From Naegleria gruberi (taxonomy: Eukaryota), in assembly GCA_000004985.1 (NCBI GenBank), contig GG738849.1: 64,000 nt of DNA, one strand, 5' to 3'. The notes under the pieces are model-generated. The model ran no database searches, was not told where the DNA came from, and saw only the letters and a list, made by a program, of their open reading frames with translations. Position numbers and translations under genes: made by a program. Each line of letters opens with the position of its first letter. The stretch's first letter is position 1. Shown here piece by piece: positions 42,501-52,884 of this stretch.

Positions 42501-43886
42501 TGAACTCTTGAGATTCATTAAACTTGTAGCTGTCAATGGAGATGGTTGATTAGTGATTGGTGTTGTGGTTGAATTCTGTTGTTGTTGTAATAGGAGACTT
42601 GTTGTGGAAGGTGGTGAACCAGCATTACTCTTATTACTATACTCAATTCCAACAAGAACCATTGAAATGGTACCTCCCTCTTTAGCTCTATAAAGCTTTT
42701 CGTATAGAATGTCAACTTGTTGGAAACTTCTACGACTTGCAACATTGTAAACTATGAGAAAACCATCACATTCTTTGAGACATTGATCCATCATGTTGAC
42801 AAATTGCTCATAGATGTCATAAAAGAAGAGTTCTAATTGGTAGGGTTTTCCACCAAAATCGAATTGTTTCTTCATAACGGTTTCGTCAGAGTTGGTTGAC
42901 CTTTTGACTTCTTCTTGCAAGAATTCAGCTGCAATGAGAGAATCTGATAAATCTTCACCTAGAATGGCGATTTTGTAAACTGGATATTGTTCAGCTGTTT
43001 TGGTGACTTCTACAATAGCAGAAGATGGTCGAGGAGATTCTTCTGGTTCAGTTTTGGTTTCTCCCTCATCATTCTTATAGAAACCAAACCATTTCTGGTA
43101 GAAACTCAATTCCTTCTTAATTTCCAACTTGATTGGCTCTTCATGAGTTGTGGCTGTTTCTTCAATTTTCACTTCACTTTCGTTCGTAGGATTACTATTA
43201 GAAACCAGCATTGGAGGTGGTGGAGGCTGTTGAACATTCGAATCTTGATAAACATCTTCCAGTTTAATCAAATCATCATCTCTAGAACTAATTGCATGTC
43301 TTCTAAGATCTTCTCCATCTTGTTCTTGCTCATCTTCACTTTCATCTTCGACATTATTCTTTGATTGAATGTTAATATTGGCAGATGTAGTATTACTTGT
43401 CAATGGTTTACCAAAATCAATAATATCCTCATCATCAATCTTGAATTTAGTCAATTGAACACTGTCTCTACTCGTTTTAGTTTCTAGTGTTGCAGTTGAC
43501 TTGTTACCTTGTTTCTTATTCTTTTTCTTTTGAAAAGTTGTTGCACCACCAGCACCACTAACCACATCAGTTGAACTATTAGCTTTATGAATATATCGAG
43601 AGAGAAAGTTATTCTTCTTTGATTTCAATTCCTTCTCAAATTGAGATGTATCATGAACAGTTGGAGAACTTTCCATTGGAAGAGTTTTACGAGTCAATTG
43701 TTTGCCTGAATTGTTCTGCAGCTGTTGATCATCCTCTTCTTCTTCTTCAGAGGAGTAGGCTGAATTTGAAGATGAAGTCTCTTCCTGTTCATCACCAGAT
43801 TCAATGAGAATGATTTCTTCCTCAGCAAGTATTGAAGACATTTTTTCTTTTGAATATATCTGAATTGGAAAATCTTTCAACAACAT
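39600..43886 (-). CDS. Giant 1428-aa protein with an acidic N-terminus, a degenerate Ras-like small-GTPase domain (no intact P-loop), and a C-terminal protein-kinase-like domain whose catalytic motifs appear degenerate (candidate pseudokinase).
   Basis: Ras-like fold segment YKIAILGEDLSDSLIAAEF..KPYQLELFFYDI..DGFLIVYNVASRRSF..MVLVGIEYS lacks GxxxxGK[ST]. The kinase-like region (YLILKRIF..IYKSVKVK..CALKHL, then LSHLHQNSIVFPSLKLEKILMNY, DFKADLLLFD) lacks a clean HRDxxxxN/DFG. Confidence 0.6.
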   Translation of the reverse strand: MLLKDFPIQIYSKEKMSSILAEEEIILIESGDEQEETSSSNSAYSSEEEEEDDQQLQNNSGKQLTRKTLPMESSPTVHDTSQFEKELKSKKNNFLSRYIHKANSSTDVVSGAGGATTFQKKKNKKQGNKSTATLETKTSRDSVQLTKFKIDDEDIIDFGKPLTSNTTSANINIQSKNNVEDESEDEQEQDGEDLRRHAISSRDDDLIKLEDVYQDSNVQQPPPPPMLVSNSNPTNESEVKIEETATTHEEPIKLEIKKELSFYQKWFGFYKNDEGETKTEPEESPRPSSAIVEVTKTAEQYPVYKIAILGEDLSDSLIAAEFLQEEVKRSTNSDETVMKKQFDFGGKPYQLELFFYDIYEQFVNMMDQCLKECDGFLIVYNVASRRSFQQVDILYEKLYRAKEGGTISMVLVGIEYSNKSNAGSPPSTTSLLLQQQQNSTTTPITNQPSPLTATSLMNLKSSTSTSGQLMQDNADLSDSSRKASIVSLSSATKYWNNNNNSTTILSNTTNNKHHSTSLRSNSSSSSIFVTSQNGKERQVSKREGLKKSLYYYVPFIEMNSDEPKSLIQQKVKEIFHDLLREIVQGGNLRYSAVKPQQLTNAQYLTGQLGSSWSGSEKSGEQAVIIENYIPPNQDSYNIVMNSVKALFTNLNVHGYCLNTPINDERELAQVEFLVDHFESYQVTCPVIEICLKRFDFRNVKLKLKQKVTPHNEQQILSFLFDIPLKKKNILQMMFTKSDENYQREINERLIFAIFIATFAKQLYSEQNQQLYDGTFMVSLEDEWNFILNLKNLFESVKKKVKEYASLEELVEDQVIRMVDWMEKKIHLKRGNEVEMLMKFLLQHVTSPIDCYGFERRIRPHVLGNRYLILKRIFSNHHSKIYKSVKVKTSSLCALKHLTNFTKSDLTEVGKGVESMILFPKHPNVMTFSDYTIRRCRSERFEIFIELPYMNGSNLEKRVEFMIRNHRFMNYLELIDVCLQSTKGLSHLHQNSIVFPSLKLEKILMNYNEEKDSSFRSTQSCVTPAGSDFKADLLLFDNSVSNSLSEAKQQELKSVIIKAFDENDTLLGDQHKSNLNVKLTDWFKPWDFSILDGTVQFKNRQVMEQYHNKQHSNEWSTIRSTTPTSTTSSTNHSTLRKQMVLREIMSSNVNNQEKLNFDGDIERYLDEKDDIFRLGCVFYQLITKESFIRLSNLHQHGESSDNSTVSSPTSTTTVIIKKEVDHQELLNGTGQTDGIASSSNTTVGNNLESATIQTNATNFEYVSIEEAISRDEKLTHQIMASKIHMSLLKSEAIPHLISPRLHNPSNNSSINHHSDGFVKISSSETSSPMSASSLLASPPSSERINPSSSTPFNASNETSLNTTPNMEKLKKSFYYCSHQNEQLLIGLLQQMTRLNPNQRPSLKKIILILEVLLKYNQIDQDICETLLSK

Positions 43887-44051
43887 GTAATAATAACTTG
43901 CAGCAGTAACTCGTGGTCTGTAGCATCATCAATGGGACTATTATTGACTTGTTCATCCATTAAAAGAAATGACACTGAAACATACCATCCAATCAACAAT
44001 ATTTCCAAAAAAGTAAAATAGATCAAAATTAGAAAAATTGATCGAAATAAT

Positions 44052-46121
44052 TTATTGCTTTTGTTGAGAAACTTCCCTGAATAATTTGAAAATATCACCA
44101 TTAATATAGTCGTTATCAACAACATTGATCAAGTACCATTCGTCAGAAATTGTCTTTAAGAGAGTATGAGCTTGAGATCCTTCTTCATATAAAGACAACC
44201 AGTGAGTATCCAAAATTTGGAAAGCTTCATCCTTCCAAACTAAGAAAGCATTACTATCAACAACAGTTGGTTGAAGAATTTGTTGAGCTGGGAAAACACC
44301 CCAAGTGACAGCATTCACATAATTATCACCTTGAATATTGGTCTTGACTCTTCCATCCTTTGTGAGAGCTTGATAAGTAACCATTGGATACTTTTCCTTG
44401 ATAATATTTTCAAGAGTTTCAAGATGTTGTGGTGAAATGAAACATTCAACGTAGGCCTTTTGATAGATAAATCCATTCAATGGTCCCCAACCAACAGAAT
44501 CATCAGATGATGAAACACCATTAACCTTTGGTTGAGAATTGGTAGTCAAGAAACCATTCTTATTGAGTTCAATCAATTCATTCTTAATAATATTGGTTTC
44601 TGGAGAGGTAGATTGTTCATTCCATGGAAGGAATGGAATCTTTCCTTCAATAAAGTTAACAAAAACTTGTGAAATTGATTCCAAATTAGCATGTTCAGCA
44701 CCCCAAGCAGCAACAATATTTTCCTTTTCACCAAACTTTCTTCTATAGAAATAGGCAATTTCTTCACCCAATTCACCAAATGCAGGTGATCTAGAATCAC
44801 TCCAACGTCCATTAGGGAATTCATCCCAATGTTGAGTACGATCAATGTATGATTTAACACGATTAGACCAAAAGATTGGACGAACTTCTTCAGCCAAACG
44901 TTTAGCATTAGCAGGTTTAACCCAAGGTAATGATCTTGGAATACTTTCCTTTGGTGAGAGTTCCAATCCTTCAAGAATAGCTTCAGTACTCTTTTCCAAA
45001 TTGAGAGTATAGAAATGGAGTCCACGAATACCATTATCCATCAATGCTCTACAAATAGTGATACATAATTTGATACCATAGGCCTTAACTTCATTATCAT
45101 CTTCCAAATTAAGTTTAGCCATTTCATCATGAACATTTTGTGGAATACTTGTTTTACAGAAAGTGGTCATTCTTTGCCAAGATGCATGATTGTTAATTGG
45201 CATAATACCTGGAATAATTGGACATTTAATTCCGATTTCTCTAGCTTCCTTAACAAACTTTAAGAATTGTTGCCAATCGTAGAACAATTGAGTAACAACA
45301 AAATCTGCTCCAGCATCATACTTTTCCTTCAAGTACATTAAATCCTTTTGATAATCTCCCTCTGGGTGACCTTCACTGTATCCAGCACAAGAAATACCAA
45401 AGTAATCACCATGAGTCTTTCTAATGTGTGAAATTAAATCTCTAGCATACTTGAAACCACCATCAGTTTGTTCCCAATCTTCACTTCCAAGAGGTGGATC
45501 TATATTGTTATATAATAATATATATCATGGTATTGTTAATATTGTTATTATTAAATTAGTGTGTTATTAAATTATTAAAAAAGATCATCATAGTATTATT
45601 ATTATTATTAGTGTAGCATTGGTTTGTAATGATAACAATGATGACAATGATGATGAAGAATGGAATTGGTGACACACATTTAGTTATTAACAAGCAACAA
45701 TAATAAATTATCATTAACACACATATAAATAATAATAAAACAAACCTCCTCTCAAAGCCAAAATATTAGAAATACCCATATCCTTTGCAGTTTGAATAGC
45801 CTTGTCCAATTCTTCAACCTTCATATTAGTACAAGTCATGTGAATTTGAGTTTCAACACCAATCATATTTTGAGCAGTTGCTCCGATTTCAATTGTTTTA
45901 CCAGCAGTACTACCACCAGCTCCCCAAGTAATATCAATAAACATTGGAGCAAGTTTGGCCATACGTTGCAAACGTTGATATAAATTTTCAACGCCTGCAT
46001 CAGTTTTAGGTGGGAAATATTCGAATGAATAAAAGGTCTTGTTTTCTTCAATGCACTGATTGATCTTGTCAATAATCTTCATGTTGTTGTTGTTGTTAGA
46101 TGTGAAGAAGGCTTGGTTCAA
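44052..46121 (-). CDS. MTHFR: Methylenetetrahydrofolate reductase (MTHFR), catalytic TIM-barrel plus the eukaryotic regulatory C-terminal domain. It has two exons (45746-46121 and 44052-45499) and a 246-nt intron.
   Basis: Exon 1 has FYSFEYFPPKT..DITWGAGGST..ILALRG. A phase-1 splice (gtttgt..atatag) continues DPPLGSEDWEQTDGGFKYARDL..YLKEKYDAGADFVVTQLFYD..HFYTLN, then the C-terminal regulatory domain. Confidence 0.92.
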
Positions 46122-46483
46122 GTATTTTTTTTAACACGCATAGTTGAACAGAATTAATAGAGAGAAGGAAAATTGTGAAATTCTTTGGGAAAGAACGATC
46201 AGGTAGAATATTCTTCAACAAAGTAGGTGTGATTACACTCAGAGGGCTGTTCACTTACCATGTTTCCTTGAGGATCGGAGAGAGAAGGAGGTATGACGTC
46301 ACAAAACGTGGCTTATGGATCCTTTTCGGATAGTTTTGTTTTTCATGGCAGTCTTCCTAAAAATATTAAGATGTTGAAATAGCAAAGTTGTACAAGAATT
46401 CAACAAGACACAATGTGCCAATAAACAAGATAAAGGTAGGACTATATTGTAAAATACCTTTATATATTTATGAACATATAGAA

Positions 46484-48748
46484 TTAGGGAATTCTTTTAT
46501 CAAACATCATGTAACGATCGGGGAAGTTTGGAATTACATTATTTGGATCTTGCTTGTAAGCACACAAATTTTTAGCTGCATGACCAATGATTGTGATTGA
46601 TATCAATAATTTGAGAAGGAATAAGCATAAAAATCCAAGCAATGTTATGATAATTGGATAAATTACTTTGGAAAGAGAAGGAATGGCAATTAATGTCTCC
46701 AATGAATCCCAATTATTACTATATCCAAGAACAGCCACAAAGTGAAATAGCCATGGTAGCATTACTTCCATAATCATTCGAAGGGTGTGAGTGATGAGTG
46801 GGCCTTCCAAAAATCCCAATCTTCTTGCAACCTTACTTCTATTTGTATTGTGAAAGAAGGATGAGACAACCACTGAAGTTGTCTCACTCTTTTTTGCTGA
46901 ATCAGAATGAGATATCAAGTCGTCACATAACTTGAGAGTGTACATTCTAAATGTTGATGGATGAATGCTGTTAAACTTGGAGACAAAGGTATGCTTGAGA
47001 GTATCTACTAAAATCTCAGCACAAATCATGAATATGAAAATATGACCAAACTCTTCCAACTTGTCGTCGAGGAAGGAAAATAGTGAGCTAGAGCCTTCCA
47101 GGTTTGTCATAGTTTCAAAGTCATTCAAGTCAACTCCTTCAACAGGCCCAGAGGTTGAATCCACAATTGTTCTCAATGTGTTTTGTACAAAGATCAAAAT
47201 AGTAAACCAAAAAATCTCAAATCTTTCCACTACATCACTACTAGCTAGTTGGAAAAGATTCTCCTTTGTAAATCTCTTGAATACACTACCCTTCAATTCT
47301 ACAAAGTTTGTCGAGATAATCATTGTAAGAAGAGTGTAATTAGAACTATTCAGGGCTGCATTTAAGGTAACAATTCTAATCAATTGTACAATACTATGCA
47401 CATAGAGATAAATCATGTGGAATATGAACATTACTGTCATGTGCCCAAATTCTTTCCACGACCCACTCCTATCATTCAATATACCATTGACAAATTGTTT
47501 GGAAGAATAAAGGAGAGCTATTTGTGAATCTAGACCGAAGGAGGAACACAACTTGTCAAATACATCCAACATATTACCAATCACGTACAACTTTAAAATT
47601 GATTCTCCTCTAATGTAGTGATACAGTAGTGAATAGTCAGTTGTTTGCATGATGAGAATTATATTAATGACGAGGCAGAAAAACTTCACCAAATCAAATA
47701 GGACTGACTCATTCACACTCGGTTTTAATCTGCTATTTCCATTACTCATCTCTCTTAAACATCCTCTAAATGGTAATAGTATAATATATTTTACAATGGA
47801 CCAAATAATTCTCCACAATGATAAAAACACTCTCACAGGAAAGAAGGTCAAATAAAATAGAAATGTGTCCAAACAAATGAAAAATCCAAAGAATAAAAAT
47901 CTCTCCACTCTAATGGGTATCTCAATAAATTTGTACAATTGACCTCTCAATTCTTCATCTGTGAAACAATTATCTTTTGGATCGTGTGATAATTTGATAA
48001 ATCCATTTGGAAAATTATATGGTTTTCCATTTAGAGAACTTTGAGAATTATCACATATTGGTGTTGATTGAGTACTTGTAGGTGTTTCTGCGGACATTAT
48101 AACATCATTAGTAGATTTTCCTTCAGAATTTGAAATTACATTGGGCGAATTTCTTGTTGTCACATTCAATTCTCTGTGCAGATATCTCAAAAAACTATCA
48201 AACCTCTGTAATGGCATTTTCTTTTTCGATTTTAGTTGATTTTCTTCAATGTGTGGTGTTGCTAAATTCAATCGTTCAGAGATTGATCTCGAAGTTGTAT
48301 CAATATTTGGAGATTGCAATGTGTTGCAACCACTATCACTCCCATTGTCACTCGAAGCGGAAGGAGGAGTAAATGGTGAAGTGAGTGATTTTTTCCTCAA
48401 TCTTGTTGTGTTATCAATATTCAAACGAGGTGATGGAGCATCTGAAAAATCAAACACAATTCTTTCTGAAGCTGTTGATTCTCCACCAATTTGTACAATC
48501 TGAATAGGTGATGTTCCACTAGTACTATTATCAATCACGTTATTACCACTAATCAATAATGAATTATTCCGAATATTATTATTACTAATCAAAAAATCAA
48601 TCTGTTGTCCTTCTTCTCCTCCGATCAACCTTTTATCATTGTTATTTGTATCAATCCCATCCCGATCATCCAATTCTACTTCTTCTTCAACAATCCTACC
48701 AAAATTCATCCTAGTACCACTTGATAGATTGGGTGAGTTTGGTGTCAT
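46484..48748 (-). CDS. TAPT1: TAPT1/EMP65-family (DUF747) multi-pass membrane protein.
   Basis: Conserved core IRGESILKLYVIGNMLDVFDKLCSSFGLDSQIALL and multiple TM helices. Long low-complexity N-terminus. Confidence 0.8.
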   Translation of the reverse strand: MTPNSPNLSSGTRMNFGRIVEEEVELDDRDGIDTNNNDKRLIGGEEGQQIDFLISNNNIRNNSLLISGNNVIDNSTSGTSPIQIVQIGGESTASERIVFDFSDAPSPRLNIDNTTRLRKKSLTSPFTPPSASSDNGSDSGCNTLQSPNIDTTSRSISERLNLATPHIEENQLKSKKKMPLQRFDSFLRYLHRELNVTTRNSPNVISNSEGKSTNDVIMSAETPTSTQSTPICDNSQSSLNGKPYNFPNGFIKLSHDPKDNCFTDEELRGQLYKFIEIPIRVERFLFFGFFICLDTFLFYLTFFPVRVFLSLWRIIWSIVKYIILLPFRGCLREMSNGNSRLKPSVNESVLFDLVKFFCLVINIILIMQTTDYSLLYHYIRGESILKLYVIGNMLDVFDKLCSSFGLDSQIALLYSSKQFVNGILNDRSGSWKEFGHMTVMFIFHMIYLYVHSIVQLIRIVTLNAALNSSNYTLLTMIISTNFVELKGSVFKRFTKENLFQLASSDVVERFEIFWFTILIFVQNTLRTIVDSTSGPVEGVDLNDFETMTNLEGSSSLFSFLDDKLEEFGHIFIFMICAEILVDTLKHTFVSKFNSIHPSTFRMYTLKLCDDLISHSDSAKKSETTSVVVSSFFHNTNRSKVARRLGFLEGPLITHTLRMIMEVMLPWLFHFVAVLGYSNNWDSLETLIAIPSLSKVIYPIIITLLGFLCLFLLKLLISITIIGHAAKNLCAYKQDPNNVIPNFPDRYMMFDKRIP

Positions 48749-48952
48749 TTTTTATTACATATTGTTAGTTATTATTCTGATTCTCAACAAAAAATGATTG
48801 AGGCAAATAACAGATTCTTCTGCAAAGATATTTCTTGCAAGCACTTGCTCAATATCAAGTGTTCATCATCATGACTACAACTCCAAAGATACCAACCAGT
48901 TTAATTGGTGCCTACTAGAAAATATTGAAAAAAAATTTGATTTTTTTAAAAA

Positions 48953-50601
48953 ATGAGTGAATCCGATAGAATCAATAACGCAACAACTTCATCGGGAGGG
49001 TATCATCAAGATGTGTATCACTCCTCACCAATATATGAAAGGGGTAGTGGTGGTGGTGACTCTATAAATGATGGTGGTGATGATGGAAGTGGTTTTCGTG
49101 GAATTTTAAAATGGAGAGAATATAATTATTGTGCCTATATTGTTCCTGCCATTTGTTTTGTTCTTACTTGTCTTGTTGTTATTCCATCAGTGATTACTCC
49201 TGCTTTATATTATAGTTATTCTAGAATTGGAAATAGAGCTAGTGATTTGAGTTGTGAATCTACTTGGTAGGTTGTTGTGGAAATGCATTTTCAACAATTT
49301 ATTTAGTTCTTATCAGATTGTTGAAAGTATTCCAATGGGAGTTGATCTCAAACTTGTTCCAAATACCGATTACACATATAATGCTTGGTCTTCAATTATT
49401 TCAAATGCCAAGTCTTCATTGACAATTGCTTGTTTTTATTCAAGTCTTCGTAATGATGCATCTGATGTTTCTGGTGGACAATTTGGTAACCAAGCATTTG
49501 ATAGTATTGCTAATGCTATCAAGAGAGGTATTAAAGTTCGTATTGTTCAAAATATTGCATCAAAGGAATTCCCAGATGATGATACTAGAGCTTTGGAGAA
49601 AATGGGTGCTGAACTCGTTTCAATTGATTGGAGTAAAGCCTTCTCAGGTGGTATTCTTCACACAAAGGCCATTGCTGTTGATGGACAACATTTCTACGTT
49701 GGAAGTGCAAATTTGGATTGGAGATCTTTGGCTCAAGTTAAGGAATTGGGTGTCAAGGTCACAAATTGTGCTTGTTTAACAAAGGATATTGAAAAAATTT
49801 TGGATATCTATTATACTCTTGGAAAGAATATGAATAGTACTTTTGAAGGTTTTAGAGGATGGCCTGAAAATACCTTCACCTCTGTCAATCAATTCTCTAG
49901 ATTGCTCGTTCCATTCGAGAATGAACCTCAAAAGAATGAATCAACTGTCTTTATGAGTGCTAGTCCAAAAATTATTAACGAACCACAAAGAACTAACGAT
50001 ATTGATGCCTTGTTGGCTGTTATTAACAATTCCACTCAATTTGTTCACATTTCTGTAATGGACTTTGTACCACTCTTAATGTATGCTGGTCCACAATTCC
50101 AATATTGGGGAGATATTGAAAGTAAGTATTTTATTAGATTTGTATTTATTCTAAAATTCATTAATAGATGCTCTTAAGGCTGCTATTATGAGAAATGTTA
50201 AAGTCAAGTTGCTTATCAGTAAATGGGATCACACCAAGTCATATCAAATTACTGTATTGCAATCATTGGTTGAATTTGGAGGTAAATTCTGTACTGAATC
50301 TCACAAGTGTACTGGCTCAATTTCTGCTAAAATCTTCCAACTTCCTGATCAACAAGATGCTCCAAAATATCCATTCACAAGAGTCAATCACGCCAAGTAT
50401 ATGGTCACAGAAAAGCAAGCCTACATTTCCACATCTAATTGGAGTAAGGACTACTTCTACACTACTGCAGGTATTTCATTTGTTAGTACCACCCCATCTT
50501 TGAGACAAACAGTTAATAGTATTTTTGAAAGAGATTATTCTTCCATTTATGCTTTTGATTTACCACCTGTCAATACAACTAAACTCTACGAATCCTACTA
50601 A
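48953..50601 (+). CDS. PLD3/PLD4-like phospholipase D-family protein with two HKD motifs and an N-terminal TM anchor. It has three exons (48953-49266, 49307-50121, 50168-50601) and very short introns of 40 and 46 nt.
   Basis: HKD1 is ILHTKAIAVDGQHFYVGSANLDWRS and HKD2 is VNHAKYMVTEKQAYISTSNWSKDY. Exon 1 has TM AYIVPAICFVLTCLVVIPSVI. The splice phases (2 and 1) reconcile the three ORF frames and restore ..YWGDIEN ALKAAIMRNVKVKLLISKWDH. Confidence 0.85.
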
Positions 50602-50716
50602 TTTATTAATAAATAAATAATCCTTTTTCAATTTTATTATTGTTTAAAAAATTGGAATAATTGGTATTATTTTGTTAAAAACATATTTGGTAACATAATT
50701 AAAATGTTGAAATAAT

Positions 50717-52627
50717 TTAATGGAATTTTACATATCTTTCGTGGAGCATTGAGGTAATCTTTTGGAATTTTGCAAACTCTCCATATTCTTCAGAGTCAAT
50801 ATCATTGATTTGTTGCTTGTGAACAACACCAAACTTTTTCTTTACATTTTGAAAGACATCTCTCACCATTGGAATGAGATATTTTTGTTGTGTAATGTCG
50901 ACAAACTTTCTATCAATCAAGGCACAAAACACAACAAGTGGAGTCATCTCATCACTAGTTCTGCATGATTCAAAGTAAAGTTTGATAAGTCCCTCAGTAA
51001 TTGCCAATCTCTTCTCGAGAGCATCCTTCATTACTGTGGATGCTCCTTTGACATCTTGTTGGTGTCTGTAGGCCATCAATAATTTCCAATGAATTTTGAT
51101 ATTGTTAATTTTGAAAAGATTAAGTGATCTCATTCTAGAAAGAATCACCCAAGCCTCTTTCATATTACCAACTCTACAGTAGGCATCAATGAGATCTTCC
51201 ATCATCATGGAGGTTGGTTTCAGTTTCTCCTTAGTTACAGCATAATCATAGATAGTCAACATTGTGTCAATATCAACCTCGTAAGTGTAGTTTGGTGGAA
51301 TGAAGGAACGAATCAAATGTTGGTAAATACTGGTCAGTTCCAAATTCAATCCATGCTTGAACTCGAGAGCATTCTCTGTTGGGGCGACATTGTCAAGACT
51401 TCCCACCACTTTTGCACTGGAATTATCCAAAAAGAATGCAGAGCTACTTCTGTAATCTTTGAACTTTCCTCTATTCAACAATAACCTGTGGAAAAGAGCT
51501 TTTGCTGCCTGTGGATTATAATAAGATCCAGATAGAAATAGTGATATAGAATCATAACATTTCAAATAGAAGAGGCCATATTCGTTTTCCATCAAATCCA
51601 AAGTTTCCATCATGACATTGATATTTCTAGATCCATGAATAACAAATCTAAATGTATCTTCATCAGGCTCATACCCAGAATCAATCATTATAGAAAAGTA
51701 TTTTGAAAGGAGTTCATTTTCCTGGAGAGGGGTTGTCATTGAGTTTGTTGCATCTCTCGACATGTTATCAGTACCAATTAATGCCAAAGCAGAAAGAAAA
51801 TGATTCCAATATGATGTATCCAGCTCAATACAATCATTCCACTGTGTAATTGCTTTTCTATAGTATTGAATGGCCTTGTCAACCTGATTGTCAACTCTGG
51901 ATGCATCGGTAAGGAAAATCAATGTTGTTAAATTAGGATTGATTCCATTCTTTTCCATAAATCTTTCCATTTCCCAAATCTGCTCCGTTGCTCGCAATCT
52001 CAAATAAATATCCATAAACATGTTAAATAAATGTACATCAAAAGCTAATACGTCTGGTCCAATATTATTAGAAATGTCATTTACAAATATAGCTTCCTTT
52101 TTGGCATCTCTGAACATGATGTCAACCTTTCGGAGAAGGGTTTCTCTATCTTGGAGAATTATTTTTCTTTCATTTGGATTATTTAAATAGTGCTGACTTC
52201 CCTGTAGTGCTTGTTTAATATTTGAAGATGATAATATTGTTCTATCATTTTTCAAGTAGCTTTGTTGACAATTTACTAATTTTCTTCTTATCAATGAAAC
52301 TTCATTTCTAATATTAACATTATTCCATCTTTGTGAAAAATTATTTAATAAAAGTCCAATATTTTGTTCATGTTTTGCCTTTAAATTATTACTCTCTTGA
52401 AAATGTTTTAAATTCTTCCTCATAAAATCAATATTGGTCAAGTATTTTCTCTGAATGGTGCTACTCTCAATGACATGATCTTGATGAAAAGCTGATGAAT
52501 AATTTCTTCTTTTATTCCCTTCCGAAGATTTTGAGAATTTTAAAACACCACAATGACCCAATAATAATTGTTTCCTAGTTGTTGATGATGTTCCGAGTAG
52601 GAATGAAACTTTGTTTGTGTTGTTCAT
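50717..52627 (-). CDS. Hypothetical helical-repeat protein with PPR-like repeats.
   Basis: 636-aa ORF with degenerate 35-aa helical repeats (DLIDAYCRVGNMKEAWVILSRMRS; FNMFMDIYLRLRATEQIWEMERFMEKNGINPN). Confidence 0.5.
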   Translation of the reverse strand: MNNTNKVSFLLGTSSTTRKQLLLGHCGVLKFSKSSEGNKRRNYSSAFHQDHVIESSTIQRKYLTNIDFMRKNLKHFQESNNLKAKHEQNIGLLLNNFSQRWNNVNIRNEVSLIRRKLVNCQQSYLKNDRTILSSSNIKQALQGSQHYLNNPNERKIILQDRETLLRKVDIMFRDAKKEAIFVNDISNNIGPDVLAFDVHLFNMFMDIYLRLRATEQIWEMERFMEKNGINPNLTTLIFLTDASRVDNQVDKAIQYYRKAITQWNDCIELDTSYWNHFLSALALIGTDNMSRDATNSMTTPLQENELLSKYFSIMIDSGYEPDEDTFRFVIHGSRNINVMMETLDLMENEYGLFYLKCYDSISLFLSGSYYNPQAAKALFHRLLLNRGKFKDYRSSSAFFLDNSSAKVVGSLDNVAPTENALEFKHGLNLELTSIYQHLIRSFIPPNYTYEVDIDTMLTIYDYAVTKEKLKPTSMMMEDLIDAYCRVGNMKEAWVILSRMRSLNLFKINNIKIHWKLLMAYRHQQDVKGASTVMKDALEKRLAITEGLIKLYFESCRTSDEMTPLVVFCALIDRKFVDITQQKYLIPMVRDVFQNVKKKFGVVHKQQINDIDSEEYGEFAKFQKITSMLHERYVKFH

Positions 52628-52884
52628 TTTTAAAACTCAAAACTAAATTGCTTCCACACATTATTCAAGTTATCACAACATACAAGTCATTGCATGTTTT
52701 GTATCGTCACTTATTGACAATGAAACAGAATTTTAAATGACCTGCTCAAATATAGTTCATCACTAAGAGGTGTTTGTTTTAGGCGGCACTTGTGATAGGT
52801 CGAGATGTTATCAGAACTCTAGACAATCTGCCTCAATGCATTGCTCGAAGGCATGCTCTCTTATACAGCAAAATACAATAAAAA

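Noticed and set aside
44539-45034. ORFs 44539-44748 (+) and 44573-45034 (-) within MTHFR.
   Set aside because: They overlap the conserved MTHFR regulatory domain reading frame and are spurious alternative frames.
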